From Rhodothermales bacterium (GTDB lineage: Bacteria > Bacteroidota > Rhodothermia > Rhodothermales > JBHHWM01), in contig JBHHWM010000001.1 of NCBI GenBank assembly GCA_046756545.1, positions 10,682 through 74,681 on the forward strand: DNA of 64,000 nucleotides, given 5' to 3'. Of the stretch, positions 17,686 through 26,422 are shown piece by piece. The notes below the pieces were generated by a model. The model saw nothing but the letters and a program-made list of their open reading frames with translations. It was not told the DNA's origin and ran no database searches. How positions within the stretch are numbered: position 1 is the stretch's first letter; each line of letters begins with the position of its first letter. Made by a program: the position numbers and the translations under genes.

Positions 17686-19431
17686 TTAATCAAAGGCACC
17701 GAAACTCTTCAAAGTGGCAATGATGGAGATGGCGGCGGTGATGCTGGCCAGGACCGTCTGCGTCGTCATCATCCGTGACTGACGACGGCTCGAGCGGTCG
17801 CTGATGAGCAACTGGGCCAGTTCGGGAGAATCGGCAATGTCTTCCCGGTCCACAAAAACGGTATCGCCTGAACGGACGGGGACGGTGTCGCCGGTGCGTA
17901 CCTGTCCGGTACCGCCCTCGAAGACGTAGATGCCCCGCGTCAGGGGTCCGGCTCCTCCCGCCTGGTCGATATAATAGCGCGCGGTTTGGCCCTCTACGAA
18001 GGCGATGTAGCCAGGCTGGGGCACGTTGCCCGTCACATAGACCGTGGCCTCGTCCCTGGGAAAGATCACCCGGTCGCCATCGTACAGGACAACCTGTTCG
18101 CCGCCGTTCTGAAGCGCTTCTTCGATGTTGACGACCACCCGATTTGCCTGGCGGGACGAAGCAAGGAATGCGCGGCTGAAGAAATCCAGGTCGCTGGTGC
18201 GCCCGGATTCTTGAAACGACAGGGTCTTGCGGCGTTCGATGAACGCTCCACGCACGTCGGCGTCGGGTTTGAGGCCACCGGCCATCTCGATCAGGGCATG
18301 AAGCGTGGTTCGTCCTTCCTCGATACGGTAGGTGCCGGGAAACTGCACGCGTCCCTGGATGGCGGCCTCGGCGATTTCTTCGGGCAAGACGTTGAGAAAA
18401 TCGCCGGGCTGGAGCGGTATGATTTCGCCTGCGCGCAGCGCGGTCATGTCGAGGACGGTCGTCTGCGTCGTGCCGTCCGGCTGCGAGCGCGTAAGGCGTA
18501 TCTGGCGTATCGCTGCGAGGCCGGTCGAGTCGGCGGCCAGCCCCAGCAGGTCGAGGGCCGTATCGCCGGGGCGGAAGTCGAAGGTGCCGGGATAGGCCAC
18601 CTCGCCGCCAATGCGGACGGCATCGCGTTCTATGTGGTAGGAAGGTACCATCACCACGTCGCCGTCGAGCAGGTAGGGGTTGTCTCGGGTGTCGCCGGTT
18701 GTGTAATAGCGAATCAGGTCGATGACCTGCCGGCTGCCGTCGCGGTGCGTGATGCGCACGTTGCGCAGCGCCGGGCGGTAGTTCGGGTTGATGGCCGGAC
18801 GCAACGAGGTGGCCGAGCCCACGATGCGTGGGACGTTGTTCTCCCTCGGATCCGGCTGGGCGCGCACCTGGGCGGCGAAGGCTTGCTGGAGGGCGTCGTC
18901 TACGCGGGCCAGCGGCATCGTCAGGAAGCGGCCCGGTTCCGGCACCGCCCCCGTGATGTGCACGTAGAACTGGCGCGGCATCGTCAGGCTGACCTCCACC
19001 TGCACGTTCTGGAATCGTTGGTGGAGCGCTTCGTTTGCGTCGCGCTGCACGTCGGCCAGCGTGCGCCCGGCTGCCGGGATGCTGCCCGCTTCCGGCAACA
19101 CGAGGTTTCCGTCGGCGGAGACGGGCACAGCGACCAGAATTGGAAATTCACCGCCGGTAGACACGCTGAAAACATCGCCCGGTCCGACCCGGTACTCCGA
19201 GGCGTCGAGCGATCCTTCGAGCGCAATCAGGCCCAGCAAGTCGGCTTCGGCGGCGCGTTGCTGCCACATCTGGATGGGGTTGGTGCGCGTCGGATCGTTG
19301 AACCGTCCGCCCATGCGGTTCTGGGACTGTGCCGGGTGGACGCTGCCCGGTATCATCCCGAGGATCAGGCCGACCAGGATCAAATGCCGGGCACGCCTGT
19401 GCCCCATGACACGTGTTACAACCATGGACAT
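17686..19431 (-). CDS. polysaccharide export protein (Wza/Poly_export + SLBB repeats)
   Basis: Signal-like N-terminus (LILVGLILGMIPGSVHPAQSQ). YRVGPGDVFSVS...DGNLVLPEAGSIPAAGRTLADVQ poly_export motif, then repeated SLBB-like GDxV segments. Confidence 0.8.
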   Translation of the reverse strand: MSMVVTRVMGHRRARHLILVGLILGMIPGSVHPAQSQNRMGGRFNDPTRTNPIQMWQQRAAEADLLGLIALEGSLDASEYRVGPGDVFSVSTGGEFPILVAVPVSADGNLVLPEAGSIPAAGRTLADVQRDANEALHQRFQNVQVEVSLTMPRQFYVHITGAVPEPGRFLTMPLARVDDALQQAFAAQVRAQPDPRENNVPRIVGSATSLRPAINPNYRPALRNVRITHRDGSRQVIDLIRYYTTGDTRDNPYLLDGDVVMVPSYHIERDAVRIGGEVAYPGTFDFRPGDTALDLLGLAADSTGLAAIRQIRLTRSQPDGTTQTTVLDMTALRAGEIIPLQPGDFLNVLPEEIAEAAIQGRVQFPGTYRIEEGRTTLHALIEMAGGLKPDADVRGAFIERRKTLSFQESGRTSDLDFFSRAFLASSRQANRVVVNIEEALQNGGEQVVLYDGDRVIFPRDEATVYVTGNVPQPGYIAFVEGQTARYYIDQAGGAGPLTRGIYVFEGGTGQVRTGDTVPVRSGDTVFVDREDIADSPELAQLLISDRSSRRQSRMMTTQTVLASITAAISIIATLKSFGAFD

Positions 19432-19735
19432 AGTGGAAAAGGAGGTAAGGGGGTTCGGAAGAAAAATAAGAAGACCCTGAATCCTACGGGGTTTGCGTTT
19501 CGATATTCGGTGTACTTCCTGGCATCAGCCGGGTTCGCCTTGTGTGGTCAGTTGCACCCTCTGGTCCTTGGCATGCAGGTTTTGCCGGTGTGGCCAAACG
19601 GACGAAAGAATCGGAGGTGGTAGCGGTGCTGTGTATAGGCGAATAGAGGGTGGAGGTGAGCAGGTAGATGGGAAAATCTATAGTTTACCCAAACTACGAC
19701 TTCCGGCCAGCCGGTGCAATGCGGATCCCTCAAAC

Positions 19736-20611
19736 ATGGTCAGTCTTCAAGTGATTCTCAAACGCTTAGCGCCTGCCAAGATCAACCTCGGCCTGCACGT
19801 GCTGCGCAAGCGGCCCGACGGCTATCACGATCTCGAAACCGTCTTTCTCCGCTTTCCCTGGGCCGATGTACTGACGATTCGACCGGCCGAGGATCTCACG
19901 CTCACGTGCTCGGATCCTACCCTAACTACAGATGAAACCAACTTAGTGATGAAGGCCGCCCGTTGCCTGGCCGATGCGTATCGCGTCGAACAGGGCGCGG
20001 CGCTGCACCTGGAGAAGCGCCTTCCGTACGGGGCGGGGCTGGGCGGCGGCTCCAGCGATGCCGCCGCCGCGTTGCGCCTGCTGGCCGATTTCTGGGCGCT
20101 TTCCGCGTCCGACGAGGCGTTGCACGAAGTGGCGCTGTCGCTCGGCTCCGACGTGCCGTTCTTTCTCGGTCCTCCGGTTGCCCATGCGACGGGCCGGGGT
20201 GAGGAACTAACCCCCCTGCACGATCCGGCTACCGGCGCGTCGTATCGGTTTCCGTTCTTCCTCGTGGTCGTCGTGCCGCCGGTGCACGTGGCGACGGTCC
20301 GGGCATATCGGCTCGTCCATCCCTGCGAAGCGGGCCGCCCCGACCTGCGCGCGCTGGTCGCATCCAACGACCTGGCGCACTGGCGCGCCCACCTGGTCAA
20401 CGATTTTGAAGCTCCCCTCTTCGACGCCTATCCCGCCATACGCGGCGTGAAGGAGGCGTTGCTGGAAGCCGGTGCGGGGTACGCGGCGATGTCCGGCTCG
20501 GGCTCGGCGGTGTTCGGGGTATTCGAGGAGGCGGAACCGGCTGCCGAAGCGGCCGAAGCGGCCCGACGGCGCGGCCACCGCGTCTGGCACGGTCCCGCCG
20601 ATGCCGGCTAA
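19736..20611 (+). CDS. ispE: 4-diphosphocytidyl-2-C-methyl-D-erythritol kinase
   Basis: Internal ATG (MVSLQVILKRLAPAKINLGLHVLRKRPDGYHDLETVF...). GHMP kinase motif PYGAGLGGGSSDAAA. Confidence 0.9.
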   Translation: MVSLQVILKRLAPAKINLGLHVLRKRPDGYHDLETVFLRFPWADVLTIRPAEDLTLTCSDPTLTTDETNLVMKAARCLADAYRVEQGAALHLEKRLPYGAGLGGGSSDAAAALRLLADFWALSASDEALHEVALSLGSDVPFFLGPPVAHATGRGEELTPLHDPATGASYRFPFFLVVVVPPVHVATVRAYRLVHPCEAGRPDLRALVASNDLAHWRAHLVNDFEAPLFDAYPAIRGVKEALLEAGAGYAAMSGSGSAVFGVFEEAEPAAEAAEAARRRGHRVWHGPADAG

Positions 20612-20664
20612 GGAGGGCGTTTGCACGCCACCTCATCCCGGTTACGTCACGGGGTAGGTTCTTC

Positions 20665-21849
20665 TTATCCGGCCAGGTGCTCCCACCCGAATTCAGGAAT
20701 AAACCCGTCGTGTAGCATCTCATACACGTTGGGTACCTCCCAGCCCATCAATAAGTTATGCTGGTCATGAATGAGACGCAGCGCACGTTTGCGGACGCCA
20801 TACGATATCTGGTTGATGGCTGCGCTGTTCGCCGCTGCCCAGGTATCGATATCCGTGACGCCCGCCGGGAGCGTGGCGGTCTTTTTTGACGCGATGGTTC
20901 CTCGCTTTGGAAGCGGGGCGTCGATGAGTTGGAGGATCGGAGCCGGTACCTTGCTTCGAGTGAAGAATCCGTCTTTGATGCCGTTATCCAGCACGCGGGC
21001 GAAGATAAGCGCGATGAGTACCTTCGTTTTCGGCTTGAGGTTGATGAGTCCTTTATAGGGCACCGCCCCTCTCAGGTGTCCCCCGTCGCGCGGCGTGCCA
21101 CCTTGCGTGACCTCGTACGTGATAATCTGGGCGGTGTTATTCGTCGCGGATTTGACCGCTTGCAATAACTTGGCCGTGTTGTGCCCCGGCGGAGGATCGT
21201 CGCCCCGGTAGAGCGCATCATAAAAGATGAGTTTCTCCAGCTTGCTCACGTCGATCAAGGCATTGTTCACCGTCCCGTTCAGGCCCCGGTAGCCCGTGCT
21301 GTACCCCGCTAAAACACGCACTTCCCAGGATACGTTGGGCAGCCCGGCGGCGTCAAAGAAATCGCCGATGGCCTGGGTGGTGATGCCGATGCCCCACGCT
21401 TTCCCGGCCCCATCCCATTGTTTCTCGCGTCCCGGAACCGTGATGAGCACCCGATCCGTTTTTCCCGCGAAGAACGTGCGCAGCCCGTGCCGGTTCATCT
21501 CACTTCTCACGCAAAAAAGCAAGGATACTTTGATGAGGGGCGGGGGCTGTTGTCGTAGCGCCGCCGGAATGAACAGCGAATAGTTCGACATCATTCCTTC
21601 AAAACCCTGGGGAATGACCTCTTTTATGGTTACAGAGGGGTATTCCAGGGGGTTGGGAAGCGAAAAGGTGTGCGTTTCTCCTTCAAACTTGTTCAGATGA
21701 CACCCGGTGTTGGGGTTCATCTTAAACTGGGTAGGGCTGCCGGCATCCGGAAGCCACTCTCCGTCGAAGAACGCATCTAGAAAGATGTCCCTCGGCTGCG
21801 GACGTGGAACCGCAGGGGTGGCGGTCGTTGCTGAAGGGTCGTTATTCAT
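20665..21849 (-). CDS. hypothetical protein, possible alpha/beta-hydrolase (GxSxG) fold
   Basis: Internal ATG (MNNDPSATTATP...) of ORF 20665..22218; 8-nt overlap with the upstream gene. No signal peptide. Ordered candidate catalytic elements: RHG, LAGYSTGYRG (G-Y-S-T-G nucleophile elbow), FYDALY, MLHDGF. Hand counts give lower GC than the flanks (29/60 and 33/60 on two lines here, against 44/60 on one line of ispE). Confidence 0.55.
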   Translation of the reverse strand: MNNDPSATTATPAVPRPQPRDIFLDAFFDGEWLPDAGSPTQFKMNPNTGCHLNKFEGETHTFSLPNPLEYPSVTIKEVIPQGFEGMMSNYSLFIPAALRQQPPPLIKVSLLFCVRSEMNRHGLRTFFAGKTDRVLITVPGREKQWDGAGKAWGIGITTQAIGDFFDAAGLPNVSWEVRVLAGYSTGYRGLNGTVNNALIDVSKLEKLIFYDALYRGDDPPPGHNTAKLLQAVKSATNNTAQIITYEVTQGGTPRDGGHLRGAVPYKGLINLKPKTKVLIALIFARVLDNGIKDGFFTRSKVPAPILQLIDAPLPKRGTIASKKTATLPAGVTDIDTWAAANSAAINQISYGVRKRALRLIHDQHNLLMGWEVPNVYEMLHDGFIPEFGWEHLAG

Positions 21850-23404
21850 CGTCGAAGAGCGACTGGATGGGAGGATCCGAAGGCTTGTAAGGATCCGGGT
21901 TGCACGAATCATGCACCTCCCGCAACTTGAGTTGCATCTGAGGGTCGGCTGCGTTGCCGGTCTCGGGCAGGTCGTAATCGCGCTGGAAGGCCCGGATATT
22001 CTCGTCCAGCGTATCTCCGAACGAATAGCCCAGGTTGTGCAGGCGCTGGCGCACGACCTCTTCGGATGCACTTTCCTCGATCTCGATGAAGACCTCCAGT
22101 TCAAACTCGAAGGCGGGGGATACCTCGACGGACTCTTCGGTCGCCTCTTCGTCGGTCTCGGGGCGGTTCCACCGGATGATACACGTCCCCGGCACCTTGA
22201 CGTCGCGGAGGACGGCAAAGCCCTGTTCGTTCGCGGTTCCCTGTTGTTCAGCTTGTTCGATTGTCGCGACGAACGGGGCCTCGGGAAGGGGGTACCCGAG
22301 TCGGTCGAAGAGGCGAATCCGGAAGACCGACAACACGGTTTCGCAGCCGCATTTCTTGGCGATGCTGTCGTAGAAGCTGCACTTGAAGCTTTCCGTATAG
22401 CGCGGCCACGGCGGGGTGCTCTGCTTGTGGCACGGAGCCAGGCTTCCGTGTTGGCACGGCAGGTTCGGCAGGCGATCCGGGTGGAACAGAAAGAAGGTGA
22501 CCCGCCGGTTGTCCTCGTTCGCCATCTCGGTCTCCTCTACCGGGTTGAACTCGCCGCAGCCCATGTGCTTCGGGTCCATGAACTGGTCCGGCGTAAGTTC
22601 GATGTCGTGCTTGCCGGTCATGTAGTCATAGAACAGAGCCTTGCGGGTTTCCGGGCCTGCGTTGCCGTCGGCGTAGAGGCCCCTGGCTTCCTGGTAATTC
22701 CGCACGGCCTGCCGCGTTTGCGATCCGTAAATGCCGTCCGCCGGGCCTGGATCGAACGCCGGTTCGTCGAAATCTTTCAGGATCTCCTGGATGACCTTCG
22801 TGCCCCACATCTCCTGGTTGTAGAGCATTTCCCAGGTTTCGGCATCGTTGGTGATAAAGGCGTACGTGCTGAGGGCCCGGCGCTCGCTGAGGGTTTTGTT
22901 GTAGTGCTCGTTGCCCACCTTGTCGGTATGGCCGAAGATCATCGTCATCGCCTCGGGATGAGCGGCGAGTTCGTCTTCGAGCGGCTGGAGGTGGTCTACG
23001 ACCGACGGGCGAAGGAAGGACTTGTCGTACGCGAAGGTGGTGCCGGGAATCTGGCAGCAGGTGAGGAACTGGGGCGGGGCTACTTTCCGGATCACCCGGA
23101 GCGTGTGGATCTGCTTCAGCGCCAGCCCGGATTGTTTGAAGCGGACGGGAATGAGAAGCTCGCTGCGCGGTTCGACGTCGGTGGAGATGATGAAGTTGTT
23201 GTCGGCGTCGCGTTGATACGCGCCCAGTTCGTCGCGCAGGAACTCATTGGCGGTGGCCTCGTCGTCGGTGCCCCAGTTGTAGCGCGCGATGTCTTGCCAG
23301 GTGAGCGGGTTGCCCTGCGCCGTTTCCCGCTCGGCAATGGCGTGCAGGGTGTCGGCGTCTTGCGGGGTGTAGGGCTTGGCGGTATCGTGTTTGTCGAAGC
23401 CCAT
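21842..23404 (-). CDS. OmpA-like / peptidoglycan-binding multidomain protein (no signal peptide)
   Basis: LysM-like N-terminus (YTPQDADTLHAIAERE...WQDIARYNW). OmpA_C-like FAYDKSFLRPS...MIFGHTDKVGNEHYNKTLSERRALSTYAFI. PG_binding_1-like DGIYGSQTRQAVRNYQEARGLYADGNAGPETRKALF, and a second such region near the C-terminus (VRQRLHNLGYSFGD...IRAFQRDYDLPETGN). Cys-rich middle segment. Confidence 0.75.
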   Translation of the reverse strand: MGFDKHDTAKPYTPQDADTLHAIAERETAQGNPLTWQDIARYNWGTDDEATANEFLRDELGAYQRDADNNFIISTDVEPRSELLIPVRFKQSGLALKQIHTLRVIRKVAPPQFLTCCQIPGTTFAYDKSFLRPSVVDHLQPLEDELAAHPEAMTMIFGHTDKVGNEHYNKTLSERRALSTYAFITNDAETWEMLYNQEMWGTKVIQEILKDFDEPAFDPGPADGIYGSQTRQAVRNYQEARGLYADGNAGPETRKALFYDYMTGKHDIELTPDQFMDPKHMGCGEFNPVEETEMANEDNRRVTFFLFHPDRLPNLPCQHGSLAPCHKQSTPPWPRYTESFKCSFYDSIAKKCGCETVLSVFRIRLFDRLGYPLPEAPFVATIEQAEQQGTANEQGFAVLRDVKVPGTCIIRWNRPETDEEATEESVEVSPAFEFELEVFIEIEESASEEVVRQRLHNLGYSFGDTLDENIRAFQRDYDLPETGNAADPQMQLKLREVHDSCNPDPYKPSDPPIQSLFDDE

Positions 23405-23433
23405 AGGGACCTCTGCGTCAGGGTTAAGGCGGG

Positions 23434-24072
23434 CTAGCTGAGTGCCACAATTTCCAGGGCGTCGTCGTCGAGGATCTCCAGGATGTCGCAGGTGCCGTCG
23501 GGCAAGTCGGGGATGTGGACCCTCCCGGCGGCGTCGGTGACGTAGATGCCTACCGTGCCGTCCGATAGTTTGATCTTGAGCGGCACGTCCGCCACCGGCA
23601 CGTCCGTCTCGTCATCGACCATCTGAAACGTGATCCAGTTCGTGAGGATGTCGTCCACCGGAGGCGGTTCGGTAGCGGGGGGCGAAGGCGGCTCGGTCGT
23701 GAGCGGGGAGGGCGGTTCCTCCTTGCTCTCCGGGGGCGGCACGATCTCAGGACGGCCCCCGCCGACCAGGCGATGTTTATCCGGATGCGCCGTGACGGTG
23801 AGACGGCAGGACGCCAGACGCCAGGCTACCTGGGCCACGACCTGCTGGTCCGTTAAGCGGAGGGTGTCGGCGTCGGGAAGATCCAGGACGAGCGTTTCCC
23901 GCAGGGCGATGAGGGTGTAGGGGTGGGCTTCGAACCGGCGCAAAAAGGTGAGCTCCGTCGCGGTGTCGGAAAAGGGCAGGGTGAGGGGGGGCGACGGACG
24001 TTCGAGCGGGCCGAAGAATTCAAATCGTTCGTTGTCTTGATGCAATTCTTTGCTCATGCGGTGCCCCCCCAT
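23434..24072 (-). CDS. hypothetical protein (N-domain, Pro-rich linker, small beta-sandwich-like C-domain)
   Basis: 212-aa ORF with ATGs at 24072 and 24057. Linker PPPESKEEPPSPLTTEPPSPPATEPPP. C-terminus ITFQMVDDETDVPVADVPLKIKLSDGTVGIYVTDAAGRVHIPDLPDGTCDI resembles carboxypeptidase-regulatory/transthyretin-like folds. First gene of a three-gene minus-strand cassette. Confidence 0.5.
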   Translation of the reverse strand: MGGHRMSKELHQDNERFEFFGPLERPSPPLTLPFSDTATELTFLRRFEAHPYTLIALRETLVLDLPDADTLRLTDQQVVAQVAWRLASCRLTVTAHPDKHRLVGGGRPEIVPPPESKEEPPSPLTTEPPSPPATEPPPVDDILTNWITFQMVDDETDVPVADVPLKIKLSDGTVGIYVTDAAGRVHIPDLPDGTCDILEILDDDALEIVALS

Positions 24073-24294
24073 GCAGCTTGTGAAACGTCTTCAGGTTTGG
24101 TTCAGAAATCTCCTTCGACGCCCAGCATTACATGCGTAATCGGGACCGGGCCGGGGCAACGGGCAGGCAGATCGCGCCCCGTTGACCGGAATACACGTCG
24201 GCGCTACACTAAAAGGGGCTGGATTTTCGTTCTTTCTAGAAGCTATTTTTCCATGGGGGACATAGCCTGGGATCGACGATGCTTCGCTGTGGGG

Positions 24295-24318
24295 ATAGAA
24301 ACCAACATAGAAACCAAC
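24295..24318. repeat. perfect tandem direct repeat, 2 x 12 bp (ATAGAAACCAAC), with a nearby imperfect inverted copy
   Basis: Read directly: 24295-24306 equals 24307-24318. GTTGTTTCT at 24332-24340 is the reverse complement of AGAAACCAAC minus one base. Lies in the divergent intergenic region 24073-24431. Confidence 0.9.
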
Positions 24319-24431
24319 GTGGATGGTCGCCGTTGTTTCTTTTCATTGAGGCAGGCGGTGCAACGTGAAGGAGGGCCTGGATGCCGTCGTGAATCCCGGC
24401 GTTTGATCACCTCGATTACCCAGGGGGGCGC

Positions 24432-25484
24432 ATGATGAAAGGGTTGGTACGCGAGTATGGCCTCATCGTGATTATTATTATCCTTTGCATGGTGGGATAC
24501 TGGCTCTTCCGCGAAAACAAAGGCGGTATCCTCGACTATTCGCTGGACGTGATCGGCGAGCGCCTGATCGCCATGGTGGATGATGAGGCGAGCAAGCAAC
24601 TCATCGCAGATCGGTTTTTCCGGTTCAAAGATCGGGTGATGGCGCGCGAGGTGGCTCCCGAAGAGGTCGAACATGTGGTGGCCAATGTGTTGAATCTCAG
24701 CAACAGCGGGGCCACGCTCACCGCCGAGCAAGCCGAGCTTATGCTACAGTTCGCCTCGGTCGAGCCGGAGGAAACCCTGTTGCCCGTGCCGGACCTGTCT
24801 GAAACGGCAGGGGGTATCGAACCGGCACCGTCCGATTCGATCGAAGCGCCGGACCTATCCTCCACCCTGGCCGCCGTAACGCCGGAGCCTCCGGCACCCT
24901 CCGACGCTCCGGAGCCCTTGGAGCCGGTGGAGATCGAAGACCTCAACGCGCTCGGCGACCGGCTTGAATCCATGCTATCGTTGAACGAAGTCATCCAGGA
25001 GGCCATCGAGGAACGTGCCGCGCAGCGACAAGAACTGGTGCAACACATTCGCTTTCGCTTCGATAACGGGTTGCACATCGACATCGACGCCGGCATGTCG
25101 GACGAGATGAAGCGCGTAGAGTTCAAGCGACTTGCCGAGGAAGTGCAGAAGCTGGAAGAGAAGCGGATGGTCGTCTGGCGAAAAAACATGGGCGACGAAT
25201 GGCGTGCCGAACGGGAGCGCGTCCGCCATGAACTACGGTCCGTAGTCGCCCTGCGAGGACGTCAGCCGAGGTTGGCACGCCGGACGATGGAACGCATAAA
25301 GTATCTGGAAGCGCTGAAGCACCTGGAAGAGATGGGATACCGGCCCATGCTCTCGGATTCCTTGCGGGAGGTGTTTGAGGAGCAGTTTGAAGCCGCCATG
25401 GAACGCTGGGAGGAAGCGCTCGATGCGCAGCTAGAAGAGATCGAAGAAGCAGCAAAAGAGGAAGCGGAGGGCCAGCAGAACTAG
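24432..25484 (+). CDS. hypothetical membrane-anchored acidic coiled-coil protein
   Basis: 350 aa. N-terminal TM segment (YGLIVIIIILCMVGYWLF), a Pro/Glu/Ser-rich low-complexity middle and a Glu/Arg-rich helical C-terminus. No enzymatic motif recognised. Confidence 0.6.
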   Translation: MMKGLVREYGLIVIIIILCMVGYWLFRENKGGILDYSLDVIGERLIAMVDDEASKQLIADRFFRFKDRVMAREVAPEEVEHVVANVLNLSNSGATLTAEQAELMLQFASVEPEETLLPVPDLSETAGGIEPAPSDSIEAPDLSSTLAAVTPEPPAPSDAPEPLEPVEIEDLNALGDRLESMLSLNEVIQEAIEERAAQRQELVQHIRFRFDNGLHIDIDAGMSDEMKRVEFKRLAEEVQKLEEKRMVVWRKNMGDEWRAERERVRHELRSVVALRGRQPRLARRTMERIKYLEALKHLEEMGYRPMLSDSLREVFEEQFEAAMERWEEALDAQLEEIEEAAKEEAEGQQN

Positions 25485-25558
25485 CCCAGGACACGCTATC
25501 CTCGCTGAACACCCACAGAGAAGTACATCACCCCCTCGAAGACGGGGTCAAAAGGTTG

Positions 25559-25599
25559 CCGCTTGTTGAATCGCGGTACATAGGCGGTTCAACAAGGGG
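25559..25599. terminator. candidate bidirectional terminator hairpin between convergent genes
   Basis: CCGCTTGTTGAA (25559-25570) pairs with TTCAACAAGGGG (25588-25599): 12-bp stem with one mismatch and a 17-nt loop. No clear U-tract. Confidence 0.3.
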
Positions 25600-25623
25600 C
25601 GTGTCGAATGAGGAGAGCCCGGT

Positions 25624-26094
25624 TCAGGCGGGTTCCAGCGAAAAGTGCAGGATAGTCGGATTGACCAGCCGGGCGAAATCTGCATAGGCCAGCTTGATCA
25701 GTTCAGTGTGAGAGCCTGCGTTGAAGGCAATTTCTTCATCCTCCGCCAGGCTTTCGGCTACGTACACGTCCATCCCATACAGATTTCCAAAGGGCGGCAT
25801 GGCACCGAGTTCGCACTCCGGAAACAGGCTACCGAATTCTTCCTCGCTGGCCAGTTCGACCAGGTCGGCCCCGATGGCTTCGCGAAGCAGTTCAAAATCC
25901 ACCTGGTAGGAAGCCGGTAAGACGGCCATCGCCATCTTCCCCTCGATTTTGATCATCACCGTTTTGGCCATCTCCTTACCGGGAATGTGCGCCGAGGCGG
26001 CCACTTCCAGCGCCGTGTAGGCGCGTGAGTGGGTGATGGTCAGGTATTTAATGTCGAAACGGTCGAGGAATGATTTCAGTTTTTGAATAGGCAT
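25624..26094 (-). CDS. YbaK/EbsC-family aminoacyl-tRNA deacylase-like protein
   Basis: 156 aa. KTVMIKIEGKMAMAVLPASYQVDFELL...GAMPPFGNLYGMDVYV...IAFNAGSHTELI matches the YbaK/ProRS-associated editing domain pattern. Confidence 0.8.
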   Translation of the reverse strand: MPIQKLKSFLDRFDIKYLTITHSRAYTALEVAASAHIPGKEMAKTVMIKIEGKMAMAVLPASYQVDFELLREAIGADLVELASEEEFGSLFPECELGAMPPFGNLYGMDVYVAESLAEDEEIAFNAGSHTELIKLAYADFARLVNPTILHFSLEPA

Positions 26095-26422
26095 GTGCTC
26101 ACCTCCTCAGGGTTGGTAAAAGGGGACCGGTGCGTTGCAGCTATGCAGTGTGTCGCGTGACGCTCAATAGAGGGGATCGTCAAGGAATCTTCTTCATAGG
26201 CTGCCTCCTCACCCTTCGGTGATCTCTTCTCGCTTCGGAAACAGTACGTTCGGTGCAGCTTCAGATCAGGTGCCGGATCAGATCATCCCCAAGATGGAGG
26301 AGAAGGAGGTGGTTCGCACATTGATCTGAGAGGCAAGATTACTATGTTATAGGGTACCTTTGGGCAAACGTTCCTGGGATCTCGCCCTTGTCTTTCACGC
26401 GCGCAATGCTGTAGCTGCCGCC

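Noticed and set aside
19432-19735. Possible small RNA or riboswitch in the 304-nt divergent region between the export gene and ispE.
   Set aside because: I found no convincing conserved structure or known RNA motif by eye. It most likely holds divergent promoters, and I cannot support an RNA call without covariance-model searches.
26095-26422. Short CTTC/UUCG-type hairpins and GATCAG direct repeats in the ybaK-GT2 intergenic region.
   Set aside because: The stems are only 4 bp and the repeats are 6-7 nt, which is within chance expectation.
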